This document shows positions 8,386 to 17,188 of a stretch of DNA of 40,190 nucleotides, piece after piece (the stretch's first letter is position 1; each line of letters begins with the position of its first letter). The stretch covers positions 1-40,190 of the IMG/VR virus record IMGVR_UViG_3300049209_000010. One strand, written 5' to 3'. The stretch is from a virus. Taxonomy: Duplodnaviria; Caudoviricetes. The position numbers and the translations under genes were made by a program. Under the pieces are notes generated by a model, which did no database searches, was not told the DNA's origin, and was given only the letters and a program-made list of their open reading frames with translations.

Positions 8386-9393
8386 ATGGATCTGGATCAG
8401 TTACGAGCAGAAAACGCAGCACAAGAAGCTAGTCGGGCAGCACCTCCGCAAGATGCGCCAGATGAAGAGATTGTGAATGCGGCCGAAGGGCAAGAGGACG
8501 AGACGCAAGATGCGGATCTTGATGAATCGGACGAAGGCGCAAAGGCAGACGCCGAAGACTGGATGAAAGGCGACGAGCCAGAGTCGCAAGGTGCTGAGAA
8601 GAAATTCACCGATAGCGATGTTGCGGCGGCTAAGAAAAAGCTCCGCGCAAAGGTTGAGGCGAAGGACTCCGAGATTGACGAACTCCGCAAGCAGTTGGAG
8701 CAAATCAAGAACCAGCAGCATCAAGCACCGCAAGTTGGGGCTAAACCAATTCGGGAACAGTTCTACGACCAAGACGACCCGGACGAGGCTTACGCCGTCG
8801 CCATGGCGCGTTGGACGTATAACGCCGAGGCTGCGCAGCAGCAGACCCAACGGCAGAAGCTTGACCGCGAACGTGCAGCTCTTGAGCACGTGCAGGCAAT
8901 TGAGGCGTCAGTCGATAAGCACTATGAGCGTGCAGCACGGCTTACAGAGCAAAGCGGGATTAGCCCCGACTTGTATCGGTCAGCAGATGAGCGAGTTCGC
9001 ACCGCAATTGATCAGGTATTCCCTGGCGATGGCGAAGCGGTCACGAACATCCTGATTGATCTGGTTGGTGAAGGTTCGGAGCGAGTCATGTACCACCTGG
9101 GCGTAAACAGTGCGCGCCGGGCTGAGTTGCAAGACATTATGCGCAACGACCCCAAGGGCCTAAAGGCTGCGGCCTATCTCGGAAAGCTCGCGGCTGAGCT
9201 GACAGCGCCAGCAAAACGCAAGAGTAATGCGCCGGCACCTGCTGCGCAGATTCAGGGCGATGCAAAACCGAATGACAACGGCTCCAAGCTACTGCGCCAA
9301 TACAAGGAAGCGCACGCGAAGGGCAACGTTCAAGCGGCTTTCGACCTGAAATCCCAAGCAAAGCAGGCCGGCATAAACACTAAAACTTGGTGA
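8386..9393 (+). CDS. Scaffolding protein
   Basis: Between portal and coat; acidic N-terminus, coiled coils, basic C-terminal helix pair; start ATG 8386 inferred. Confidence 0.85.
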   Translation: MDLDQLRAENAAQEASRAAPPQDAPDEEIVNAAEGQEDETQDADLDESDEGAKADAEDWMKGDEPESQGAEKKFTDSDVAAAKKKLRAKVEAKDSEIDELRKQLEQIKNQQHQAPQVGAKPIREQFYDQDDPDEAYAVAMARWTYNAEAAQQQTQRQKLDRERAALEHVQAIEASVDKHYERAARLTEQSGISPDLYRSADERVRTAIDQVFPGDGEAVTNILIDLVGEGSERVMYHLGVNSARRAELQDIMRNDPKGLKAAAYLGKLAAELTAPAKRKSNAPAPAAQIQGDAKPNDNGSKLLRQYKEAHAKGNVQAAFDLKSQAKQAGINTKTW

Positions 9394-9404
9394 GGATTTA
9401 AACG

Positions 9405-10685
9405 ATGGCAACTTTAACCGCAGGCAAGATTGCGGAAGTTATGTTCGAGAAGGCTCTGGAAACCTACGAGCCGCAAGACATGCTTCTTCCGCTGACCAAC
9501 TTCATGGAGCCCGATGGCGGCACCATGCAAAACTCCGGCAATACCATCTGGCGTCCAGTGCAGCAGCATCGTCCTGTTCTGTCTGGTTGGGATTTGACCG
9601 GTCAAGAGCAAGGCATTATCGAGGAAACCTATGCGGCGTACCTCGGCACTCCGAACAACGACCTCGTAAGCCTGCGCGCTGATGACATGCGCGATACTCG
9701 CTTCTGGGAAAAAGCTGGTGAGGCCGCAGGGCGTCAACAGGCCACCCAGCTGAACAAAGACATTGCCTCGGCAGTCGGCGTTCAGGGCGGCATGTTCATT
9801 CGCTCCAACGTCACCAGCGGCTATGACTTCATCGCAGAAGCGCAAGCGCTGATGAACGAGCGCCAGGGCGCGAAGACAGATCGTTATTTCGTCCTGAACG
9901 ACCGCGACAATCTGAAATACGCCAAGGACTTGGCCGCTCGCCAGACCCTGCAAGGCCGGCCTGAAACCACCTGGGCTACTGGCCAAGTTGGTCAGAACGT
10001 TGCAGAGTTCGACGTGTACACCGGTTCCTTCCTGCCGAACTTGGTAGGCGGTGCCGACCCAGCCACCACTGTGACCGCTAACCAGTCGTTTGCTCCTACC
10101 GCTGGTACTGTGAACACCGTCAACAACACCGTGACCAACGTGGATTATCGCTATGCGACCATCCCGGTTACGGCGTCCGCTTCGTATAACGTGGGTGACA
10201 AGATCACTTTCGCGAACGGCGGCACCACTGTTAAGGCTGTCGGCCTGGCTGATAAGTCTGACACTGGCGTGGCGATGACCTTCACTGTGACGGCCAAGCC
10301 CTCCGGCACCTCCCTGACCATTTCGCCGAAGCCAATCGCTTTCGACGATCCGGCCCTGAGCGCTCTGGAAAAGGCATACGCCAACATCAACACTCGCATT
10401 CTGAACGCCGCGACCGTCAACCGCGTGAACACCGACGCCATCAAGAAGACTAACCTCTTCTGGGATAAGGACGCTGTTGAAGTCCTGGGCGGAACCATCC
10501 CGGCTGAGCTGTTCAAGTCGTTTGATGGCATGAAGGTCGTGAACAAGACCATGAAAAATGGTCTGAAAATGTACATGATCTATGACGCGAACATGATCAA
10601 CATGCAGTTCCGTTATCGCCTGTTCACTTGGTACGGCATCACCATCGCCGATCCAAGCCGTTGTGGTGTAGCGGTCAGCTTCTGA
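9405..10685 (+). CDS. Major capsid (P22 coat family)
   Basis: 426 aa, GAGGA RBS, strong codon bias, MQNSGNTIWRPVQQH motif, terminator downstream. Confidence 0.93.
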   Translation: MATLTAGKIAEVMFEKALETYEPQDMLLPLTNFMEPDGGTMQNSGNTIWRPVQQHRPVLSGWDLTGQEQGIIEETYAAYLGTPNNDLVSLRADDMRDTRFWEKAGEAAGRQQATQLNKDIASAVGVQGGMFIRSNVTSGYDFIAEAQALMNERQGAKTDRYFVLNDRDNLKYAKDLAARQTLQGRPETTWATGQVGQNVAEFDVYTGSFLPNLVGGADPATTVTANQSFAPTAGTVNTVNNTVTNVDYRYATIPVTASASYNVGDKITFANGGTTVKAVGLADKSDTGVAMTFTVTAKPSGTSLTISPKPIAFDDPALSALEKAYANINTRILNAATVNRVNTDAIKKTNLFWDKDAVEVLGGTIPAELFKSFDGMKVVNKTMKNGLKMYMIYDANMINMQFRYRLFTWYGITIADPSRCGVAVSF

Positions 10686-10702
10686 TCGGTTGATGTATAC
10701 TT

Positions 10703-10729
10703 AGGGGGCGTAACTGCCCCCTTTCTTTT
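10703..10729 (+). terminator. Rho-independent terminator after coat gene
   Basis: AGGGGGCG-TAAC-TGCCCCCT then TTCTTTT. Confidence 0.8.
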
Positions 10730-10743
10730 ATCTGGAGATTCCT

Positions 10744-11001
10744 ATGTCGTGCGTTGTGTACCGCGAAGGGAAAGGCCATTTTGAACATGGCATCGAATGC
10801 GAAGCCGCTCGGGTTGATATTGATCAACTTGAAGCGCACTTAAATTCCGGCTGGTCGGTTAATCCGCCTGGCTACGCTACAGAAGCGAATGAGGAAGAAC
10901 CCTCCGACGATATCCGTGCTGCTGCCAAAGCTGCCGGCATTGAAGGCTGGGACACCAAGCGCATCAAAACTCTTAAGGCCGCACTGGCTGAGCTGGAGTA
11001 A
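10744..11001 (+). CDS. Small post-capsid protein with C-terminal HeH-like motif
   Basis: GGAG RBS; HLNSGW; DDIRAAAKAAGI..KRIKTLKAAL; slot between coat and gp4. Confidence 0.7.
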   Translation: MSCVVYREGKGHFEHGIECEAARVDIDQLEAHLNSGWSVNPPGYATEANEEEPSDDIRAAAKAAGIEGWDTKRIKTLKAALAELE

Positions 11002-11004
11002 CCC

Positions 11005-11760
11005 ATGGTACAGCCTGCCTTTAAAGTAGACATAATTGAGCGGGCTTACTCAAAGCTGCGCATTTCTGGCCTTACCGTACAGCCAAACCCCGAAGATCTT
11101 GAGCTTGCGCTTGGTGAGCTTGAATCCATGATGGCTGAGTTTTCGTCACGGAATATGGCGGTTGGGTATTTGTTTAGCGACGAGCCGAACCCGAATGAAG
11201 ACCTAGGGGTTCCACGTGAGTTCTGGTCTGCGCTTGAGAATAACCTAGCGGTTCGCTTGATCGCGAACTTCAACAAGCAAGTGCCAGACACTCTCTTGGC
11301 TCAGGCGTCTCAATCCCTGTCGAACATGGCGGGCCGCTGTGCTGCTGACAAGATCCGTGGCGTTCAATACCCGACACGTCAGCCAATCGGCTCAGGCAAC
11401 TACGCTTACGGCCGCTGGACGCGCTTTTACAACAACTACAACACGCTGCCGCCTAACGCGCCTGGTGTGCAAACGATCATGCAGGGCGAAACGAACGACT
11501 TCCGAGAATCGTTTGAGGCGTATCTGCATACGGGCGAAGTCATCACTAGCTATGAAGTGGTGTGCGACACCGGGCTGACTGTCGTTTCTTCGGCTAACGC
11601 TGATCCAATCATCGACTATCGATTGACTGCGCCTATCGATCAGAGCACAACGATATGGCAGCTTGTAAAAATCACGATAACGACCGACATTGGCCGGGTA
11701 GACATTCGCGTTATCAACTTCCAAGTAGCGCCGCGCGTAATCGTAGGGAGTCAGCCATGA
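11005..11760 (+). CDS. Head-tail adaptor gp4-like with C-terminal beta-sandwich extension
   Basis: KVDIIERAYSKL, LESMMAE, NLAVRL, YPTRQPIGSGN as in P22 gp4; extra ~95 aa. Confidence 0.85.
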   Translation: MVQPAFKVDIIERAYSKLRISGLTVQPNPEDLELALGELESMMAEFSSRNMAVGYLFSDEPNPNEDLGVPREFWSALENNLAVRLIANFNKQVPDTLLAQASQSLSNMAGRCAADKIRGVQYPTRQPIGSGNYAYGRWTRFYNNYNTLPPNAPGVQTIMQGETNDFRESFEAYLHTGEVITSYEVVCDTGLTVVSSANADPIIDYRLTAPIDQSTTIWQLVKITITTDIGRVDIRVINFQVAPRVIVGSQP

Positions 11761-12506
11761 GTTTTACACAGGAAAAGATAGACCGCGCCACCATCCAGTC
11801 GCGCGGGATATTCAATAGCTACGTTTACAAGACAACCGATACCGTCGAACAAGTGCAGGCTCCTGGTTATTTCGCTGCCTGTCGCTTTGCCATCCTTGAC
11901 GGGCCGGCGACTAACAGTAATGGCTGGAACGGTGGGGTTGTAGAGTGCCACTGCTCTGACGGCTATCTCATGGGAATCATGGATGGCGCAACGGGAACCA
12001 TGTCAGGCGCATTTGTGACTCCAACAGTTATTAGTCAGGCTGACTTTCTTGATTCTGACTCAGTAGTCAATCAGATACCCGGCGTGCTTGGTACGCCTCT
12101 TCAAATCTCGTTTGGCCCAGCTCAGTCAACCCCGCAATTTGATTTGGCTGCTGATGGGACTATGACGTGCAACATTACCGGGCAGTATCGGTTCATCTTT
12201 ACCGCTCAGGCTGGGCGCGTAGGCGGTGCTGGGGTTGTAAACCTGTTCCTGCGCCTGCTGCTGAATGGCACGCGGGCCGGCAGCAGTGTGCTTGCTCGCC
12301 TGGATAACGCAGCAACCGTAATCCCGCAGCGCTTCAATCTGACTATTGACCTTGAGGCCGGGGATTTTCTTACCGCTCAAGTGCTGCAAGACACTAGCGG
12401 CGTTGCTGGGGGCGGCGGCCTGTATGCATTAACTCCAGAGGCTTCGGGGTGGGCTGTGTCCCCGTCCGCATCACTAACGATTTCCCAGCTATCACTGGTG
12501 GTCTGA
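11757..12506 (+). CDS. Putative virion appendage protein with C1q/TNF-like C-terminal domain
   Basis: GTMTCNITGQYRFIF..LLLNG..IDLEAGDFLTAQV pattern; coupled on both sides. Confidence 0.6.
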   Translation: MSFTQEKIDRATIQSRGIFNSYVYKTTDTVEQVQAPGYFAACRFAILDGPATNSNGWNGGVVECHCSDGYLMGIMDGATGTMSGAFVTPTVISQADFLDSDSVVNQIPGVLGTPLQISFGPAQSTPQFDLAADGTMTCNITGQYRFIFTAQAGRVGGAGVVNLFLRLLLNGTRAGSSVLARLDNAATVIPQRFNLTIDLEAGDFLTAQVLQDTSGVAGGGGLYALTPEASGWAVSPSASLTISQLSLVV

Positions 12507-13915
12507 TGCAACAGGAAATCCCCATTGACCTGATCAAGGGTGACAAGACAAGCGTTCAGTCTGACTATCTGGACGCGCTGCCTGAGAACATGTACGCCAT
12601 CGCTAGGCCGATGTTTGGCGCTGCTGGCTACATGCTCCAGCATCCAGGCTTGACCGAGTACGGCACTGGCGTCGGGCCTGATCGCGGCGGCGTGTGGAAT
12701 GAGCGGCTACAGAATCACTTCCGCGTCTCCTACTCACAGTTCATCATCGTGAACGCAGATGGGTCTAATGACCGGTTTGGCAACATTCCCGGCTCAACTC
12801 AGGTATCAATGCCTTACTCGTTCAACACCCAAGCCGTGATCGGTGGCGGCGGGTTCTACCTGTACGATCCTGTGAACGGGTTCCGCCAGGTGCTAGACCC
12901 TGACGTGTTAACGCCTATCGATGGCTGCTGGATTGACGGGTACTACTTCCTCACGGATGGCGAGTACCTGTACCACACAGAGATTGCGGACGAATCCTCT
13001 ATAGCCCCGCTGGCCTTCGCTACGGCCGAAATGTCGCCAGACCCTACCCTAGGCGTTGGCAAGACAGCCGACAATAAGGTGATCGTATTCAACAGGTACA
13101 CCACAGAGTTTTTTGCCAACGTGGCGTCATCGAACTTTGCCTTTACCCGTATTGCTGGCCGCGCAATCAATGCCGGGGCCGTCGCGACTCATGCCAAGTG
13201 CTCACTCAATGACAACTGGTACTTTGTCGGCGGCCGCAAAGAGGCAGCGCTAGGCGTTCATATGGTCGGGGTTGGTACGTCGCGGCCCGTATCCACGAAG
13301 TCGGTAGACCGCATCCTCGCGCAGTACAAAGAGCAAGAGCTTGCAAATGTATCGATGGAGGCAAGGGTAGAAGACGGTTCGTCATTCTTCTATGTGCACC
13401 TACCCAACGAAACCTTGATGTTCAACGAGACCATAGCCGCTACTAGTGGCATTGATCAGGCATGGACAATTGTAAAGCGCGGCACTGCTGGGCTGCCATG
13501 GCGCGGCATTAACGGGGTGTTTGAGCCTCGCCTGGGCAAGTGGGTGTACGGCGACAAGGCCGACCTGCGGTTGGGCATCCTTGACCCGCTGGTGACGACC
13601 CAGTACGGCGAAAAAGCCGAGTGGGTTCTGTATACGCCGTACATGTACCTTGAAGACATGAGCATTGATAGCTTGAACATTGAGACGGTGCCAGGCGAGT
13701 CGCCATACGATGACGCCACGGTATTCCTGTCGCTAACCTATGACGGGCGCACCTACGGCAAGGAATGGACGCAGCTTTATGGGCGGCCTGGCAATCGAAG
13801 CACGCGCTTTATCATCAATCGCCTGGGCTACGTGAGAAACTGGGTGGGCTTCAAGCTGCGCGGCGTATCGCTGGCGCGCATGGCTTTTGCTAGGGGGTAT
13901 TTAGAAATTGGCTAA
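12506..13915 (+). CDS. Tail hub / DNA stabilisation protein gp10-like
   Basis: IPIDLIKG, DYLDALPENM, FATAEMSPD, LSLTYDGRTYGKE, RLGYVRNWVGFKLR. Confidence 0.92.
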   Translation: MQQEIPIDLIKGDKTSVQSDYLDALPENMYAIARPMFGAAGYMLQHPGLTEYGTGVGPDRGGVWNERLQNHFRVSYSQFIIVNADGSNDRFGNIPGSTQVSMPYSFNTQAVIGGGGFYLYDPVNGFRQVLDPDVLTPIDGCWIDGYYFLTDGEYLYHTEIADESSIAPLAFATAEMSPDPTLGVGKTADNKVIVFNRYTTEFFANVASSNFAFTRIAGRAINAGAVATHAKCSLNDNWYFVGGRKEAALGVHMVGVGTSRPVSTKSVDRILAQYKEQELANVSMEARVEDGSSFFYVHLPNETLMFNETIAATSGIDQAWTIVKRGTAGLPWRGINGVFEPRLGKWVYGDKADLRLGILDPLVTTQYGEKAEWVLYTPYMYLEDMSIDSLNIETVPGESPYDDATVFLSLTYDGRTYGKEWTQLYGRPGNRSTRFIINRLGYVRNWVGFKLRGVSLARMAFARGYLEIG

Positions 13916-14147
13916 CGACAATCAAAGCCTGTTCCTGTCGGCTCAAGAAGTCATGAGTATGACGGGATGGCCTGACGCGATGGTGAATGACTACATATCG
14001 CGATTCCCAGACTACATGCTTACCGGGGCTGGCAGCCCTGAGGGCATAGAGGCGGCCAACCAAACTAGACAGTATCTCGACGTGGACACAAATGACCTGT
14101 ACGTAAACCCCGTTATCGGCGCGCGCACAGGCTGGGTGCCTGTCTAA
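13908..14147 (+). CDS. Short tail plug/needle (gp26 slot)
   Basis: Position after gp10; WPDAMVNDYI and GSPEG..AN...Y motifs; TTG start. Confidence 0.6.
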   Translation: MANDNQSLFLSAQEVMSMTGWPDAMVNDYISRFPDYMLTGAGSPEGIEAANQTRQYLDVDTNDLYVNPVIGARTGWVPV

Positions 14148-14479
14148 TGTTCCGCCAAGCTTACTTGTGCGAGGACATGCACGGACTGTACTGGACGCCT
14201 GATTACGAGGTGATCTGCTGGCTTGGTGGGAGGGTCTATATCTCCTATACCCGCCAAGGCGACGCGCTGTGCTGCCATTTTTCCAGCGATAGGGAATCGC
14301 TATCGAAACTGCGCGACGTGATGCATGAATTCTTTCTTTTCGCTCGCCAAACGATGCCTTGGTGTATTATGACTATAGGCTGCATCAAGCGAGAGAGTGT
14401 AGTAAGGCTGTTCAAGTCATGCGGGTTTTGGCACGTACAAGACCGCGACGATGTGAAAATATACGCGAGGTATTTGTAA
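14147..14479 (+). CDS. gp14-like / GNAT-fold assembly protein
   Basis: Position before ejection genes; VVRLFKSCGF motif. Confidence 0.6.
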   Translation: MFRQAYLCEDMHGLYWTPDYEVICWLGGRVYISYTRQGDALCCHFSSDRESLSKLRDVMHEFFLFARQTMPWCIMTIGCIKRESVVRLFKSCGFWHVQDRDDVKIYARYL

Positions 14480-15270
14480 TGGGCGGCGGAGCAGGCGAAT
14501 CGGGCGCAGAAGATGCGGCGTTTATTCAATCGCAATCCCAAAAGGAAGCGCTTGACTACTTGAAGCAAACCGAGAAGCTGCCGCAGGCGTATCGCGAAGG
14601 CTCTCTGAACAAGCTAGGCAGCGATTACGGGTTCACCCTGGACGCTAACGGCAACCCTATCTCTGACGGGACAACTATCTCGCAAAGGGCTATGGCGTCG
14701 CCGTTCTACACGGATGCCGTAAAGGTTGGCGAAGAGGCTGTATTACGTAACGCCTCCGCTACTGGCGGGCTTCGGTCTGGTAACGCCAATGAAGCACTCG
14801 CCCAGGCAAACCAGAACGCCTTTCTAGCCTCGTATCAAAACCAGCTGTCAGGCTTGCAGGGCATGGCCAACCTGCCATCGAACGCAAACAACATCGCATC
14901 CAATATCTCGGGCGTAGGCCAAACCCAAGCAGCAGGCATCATCGGCGCGGCGAACTCTGCGAATGCTCAACAGCAGCAGAACATGAATAACGTAGGAACT
15001 GCCGCAAACATCGGCTTGCAGGCGTGGGATACATTCTCGGATATCCGCTTAAAGTCTGACATTCAGTATGTAGGCGACGTGAACGGCCATCGCACCTACA
15101 CATGGCGCTGGAATGAGCTGGCCGCAGACCTTGGGTTGTCTGGTGAAGACTGGGGCGTCATTGCTGACGAGGTTGAGCGCATCAACCCCGAAGCTGTGTC
15201 GATTCGTAGCGGTTACAAGGTCGTTAACTACCCAATGATCGGAGTAGAACACCATGGCCTTCACGTATAA
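14479..15270 (+). CDS. DNA ejection protein gp7-like with C-terminal S74 auto-cleaving chaperone domain
   Basis: MGGGAG start, LRNASATGGLRSGNANEALA (gp7 motif), SDIRLKSDI...GVIADEVERINPEAV...GYKVVNY. Confidence 0.85.
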   Translation: MGGGAGESGAEDAAFIQSQSQKEALDYLKQTEKLPQAYREGSLNKLGSDYGFTLDANGNPISDGTTISQRAMASPFYTDAVKVGEEAVLRNASATGGLRSGNANEALAQANQNAFLASYQNQLSGLQGMANLPSNANNIASNISGVGQTQAAGIIGAANSANAQQQQNMNNVGTAANIGLQAWDTFSDIRLKSDIQYVGDVNGHRTYTWRWNELAADLGLSGEDWGVIADEVERINPEAVSIRSGYKVVNYPMIGVEHHGLHV

Positions 15271-15988
15271 CCCAGCGCCGCCGAAGCGGCCCATGAACGT
15301 CTATGAGCAAGCGCAGCAATACCAGGCGGCTCAGCAGCCGCAACAGCAAAGCCCGCGCATTAGCCCAATGCAGGCGTACAACGCCTACAACAAGCTTTCT
15401 GGCCTGTGGGGTGGCGGCGGCGCTACTGCGGCGGCTAATCCGGCTCTACTTAGTGCTGGCAGCGGTGCGGCTGGCCTTGGCGGATCTGGCTTGATCGGCT
15501 CTGCTGGCGGCGCAACGTCTGCCGCCGCAACTCAAGGCGCTGGCTATGGCCTTGGCGGCTCTCTGGTAGGTGGTACTGGTACTGTAGGCGGCTCTACGTT
15601 TGCAGGTAGCGCCGGGGCTGCTGGATCTGGCGCGGCGGCAGGCGGAGCAGCGGCAAGTGGTGGCGCTGCTGCTGGTAGCGGTGCAAGCTCAGCCGCATCT
15701 ACTGGTCCATGGGGCTGGCTTGCCGCCGCTATCATGCTGAACGAGAACCAGCAGGTAGCATCTGGCAACCGTTCGGAAGGCAGCAAGTATTGGACTGACT
15801 TGATCACCGGCAACAAAATCGTAGAGCGCGACGCCGACACCATTGGCGAATACATCGATCCAGGCAACGAGCTAGGTCTGAAAGGTGACTACCAGCTGGC
15901 TGGCGACATTACGTCTGGCGATTTTTCTAACGCCTTTAAAGGTCTTGAAGACACTTTCGGCGTCAAAACAATTAAGAAGCTTTTCTGA
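15254..15988 (+). CDS. Gly/Ala-rich putative ejection protein
   Basis: Long G/A/S tract ending GPWGWLAAAIML; between gp7- and gp20-like genes. Confidence 0.65.
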   Translation: MAFTYNPAPPKRPMNVYEQAQQYQAAQQPQQQSPRISPMQAYNAYNKLSGLWGGGGATAAANPALLSAGSGAAGLGGSGLIGSAGGATSAAATQGAGYGLGGSLVGGTGTVGGSTFAGSAGAAGSGAAAGGAAASGGAAAGSGASSAASTGPWGWLAAAIMLNENQQVASGNRSEGSKYWTDLITGNKIVERDADTIGEYIDPGNELGLKGDYQLAGDITSGDFSNAFKGLEDTFGVKTIKKLF

Positions 15989-15997
15989 GGATAGGCA

Positions 15998-17188
15998 ATG
16001 GCCAGCCCTAGTGATTTCTATGTACAGCCAAGCGGCGACCTGTCACAAGCATTGTCTGGCCTCAGTGGCACGCTTGGTCAGATGCGCGAGGAAAAGGCGC
16101 GCCAGGCAGAACGTCAACGGCTGATTGACGAAGAAGCTGCCAAAGAGGCGCGTATCCAAGAGCGATTCACCGCCGCCAAGACCGCAGCGCAAGCCGCCTT
16201 GCAAAGCGGCGACCCTGACAAAATGGCCGAAGTTACTCTAGAGTTTCCCGAGATTGGCCAGGGGCTTTCGCGGGCCTTCGGCATTGTCGACGCAGAGAAG
16301 AAGCAAAAGGCTTCCAGCTTCGCGCGCGAGCTTGTGACCAATCCTCAGCAGGCCGATCAGATATACCAATCCCGAATCGAGGAAATCAAGGCGCGCAACG
16401 GCGACCCGACCGATACCCTGCGATCCTATCAAGCCTTCAAGCAGAACCCAGAAGGCGAGCTGAAAAATCTGCAATTTATGTGGGCGGCGATGGACAAGGA
16501 CAGCTACGGAGCGTTTAGTGCTGAGCGCAAAGCCGAGCAAAAGGCGCTAGCCGAACAAGCCAAGATTGCCAGAGAAGATGCTCGCTTTGCTCAGTCGGAG
16601 GCCGGAAAGAACAGCCGGGCCGCAATGAGCGCCGCCGACCGTGCAATGACGCGCGATATTGCATTGCTTACCGCTAAGCAAAACGCCGAAATGAACGACC
16701 TGAAACGTCAAGAGCTTGGCGTTAAGATCGCAGAAAAGCAGAACAAGCTAGAGCAGAACAAAATTGATTATCAGAAAGGCATTGACTCCGGTGTTGCGAA
16801 TATCGACGAGAGCATAGCTGCCGCAGACAAGCTGTTAAACCATCCTGGCTTCTCAAATGCGGTAGGTCTTAGCTCTGCGCTCCCGACGCGCCCTGGTGGT
16901 GATGCGGCTGACTTTGAGGCTGAGCTTGACTCGTTCAATGCCAAAACATTCCTGTCTAACGTCGCGCAGATGAAGGGTCTTGGCGCGCTTACCGAAGCTG
17001 AGGGCGCGAAATTGACTTCGGCCGCAGGGGCTGTGCGTAAGGACATGTCCGAGAAGGCATTGCGCGCCAACCTAAAAACCATGAAAGAAGGGATGGAGAA
17101 GGCCAAGGCTAGGCTCGCAGCTCGCGGCTCAAGCGGGCCGACTCCGACACCGCCCGAATCTTCTGATGGATGGGAGATTGTCAACTAA
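15998..17188 (+). CDS. DNA ejection protein gp20-like
   Basis: Helical; FLSNVAQMKGLGALTEAEGAKL motif. Confidence 0.8.
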   Translation: MASPSDFYVQPSGDLSQALSGLSGTLGQMREEKARQAERQRLIDEEAAKEARIQERFTAAKTAAQAALQSGDPDKMAEVTLEFPEIGQGLSRAFGIVDAEKKQKASSFARELVTNPQQADQIYQSRIEEIKARNGDPTDTLRSYQAFKQNPEGELKNLQFMWAAMDKDSYGAFSAERKAEQKALAEQAKIAREDARFAQSEAGKNSRAAMSAADRAMTRDIALLTAKQNAEMNDLKRQELGVKIAEKQNKLEQNKIDYQKGIDSGVANIDESIAAADKLLNHPGFSNAVGLSSALPTRPGGDAADFEAELDSFNAKTFLSNVAQMKGLGALTEAEGAKLTSAAGAVRKDMSEKALRANLKTMKEGMEKAKARLAARGSSGPTPTPPESSDGWEIVN

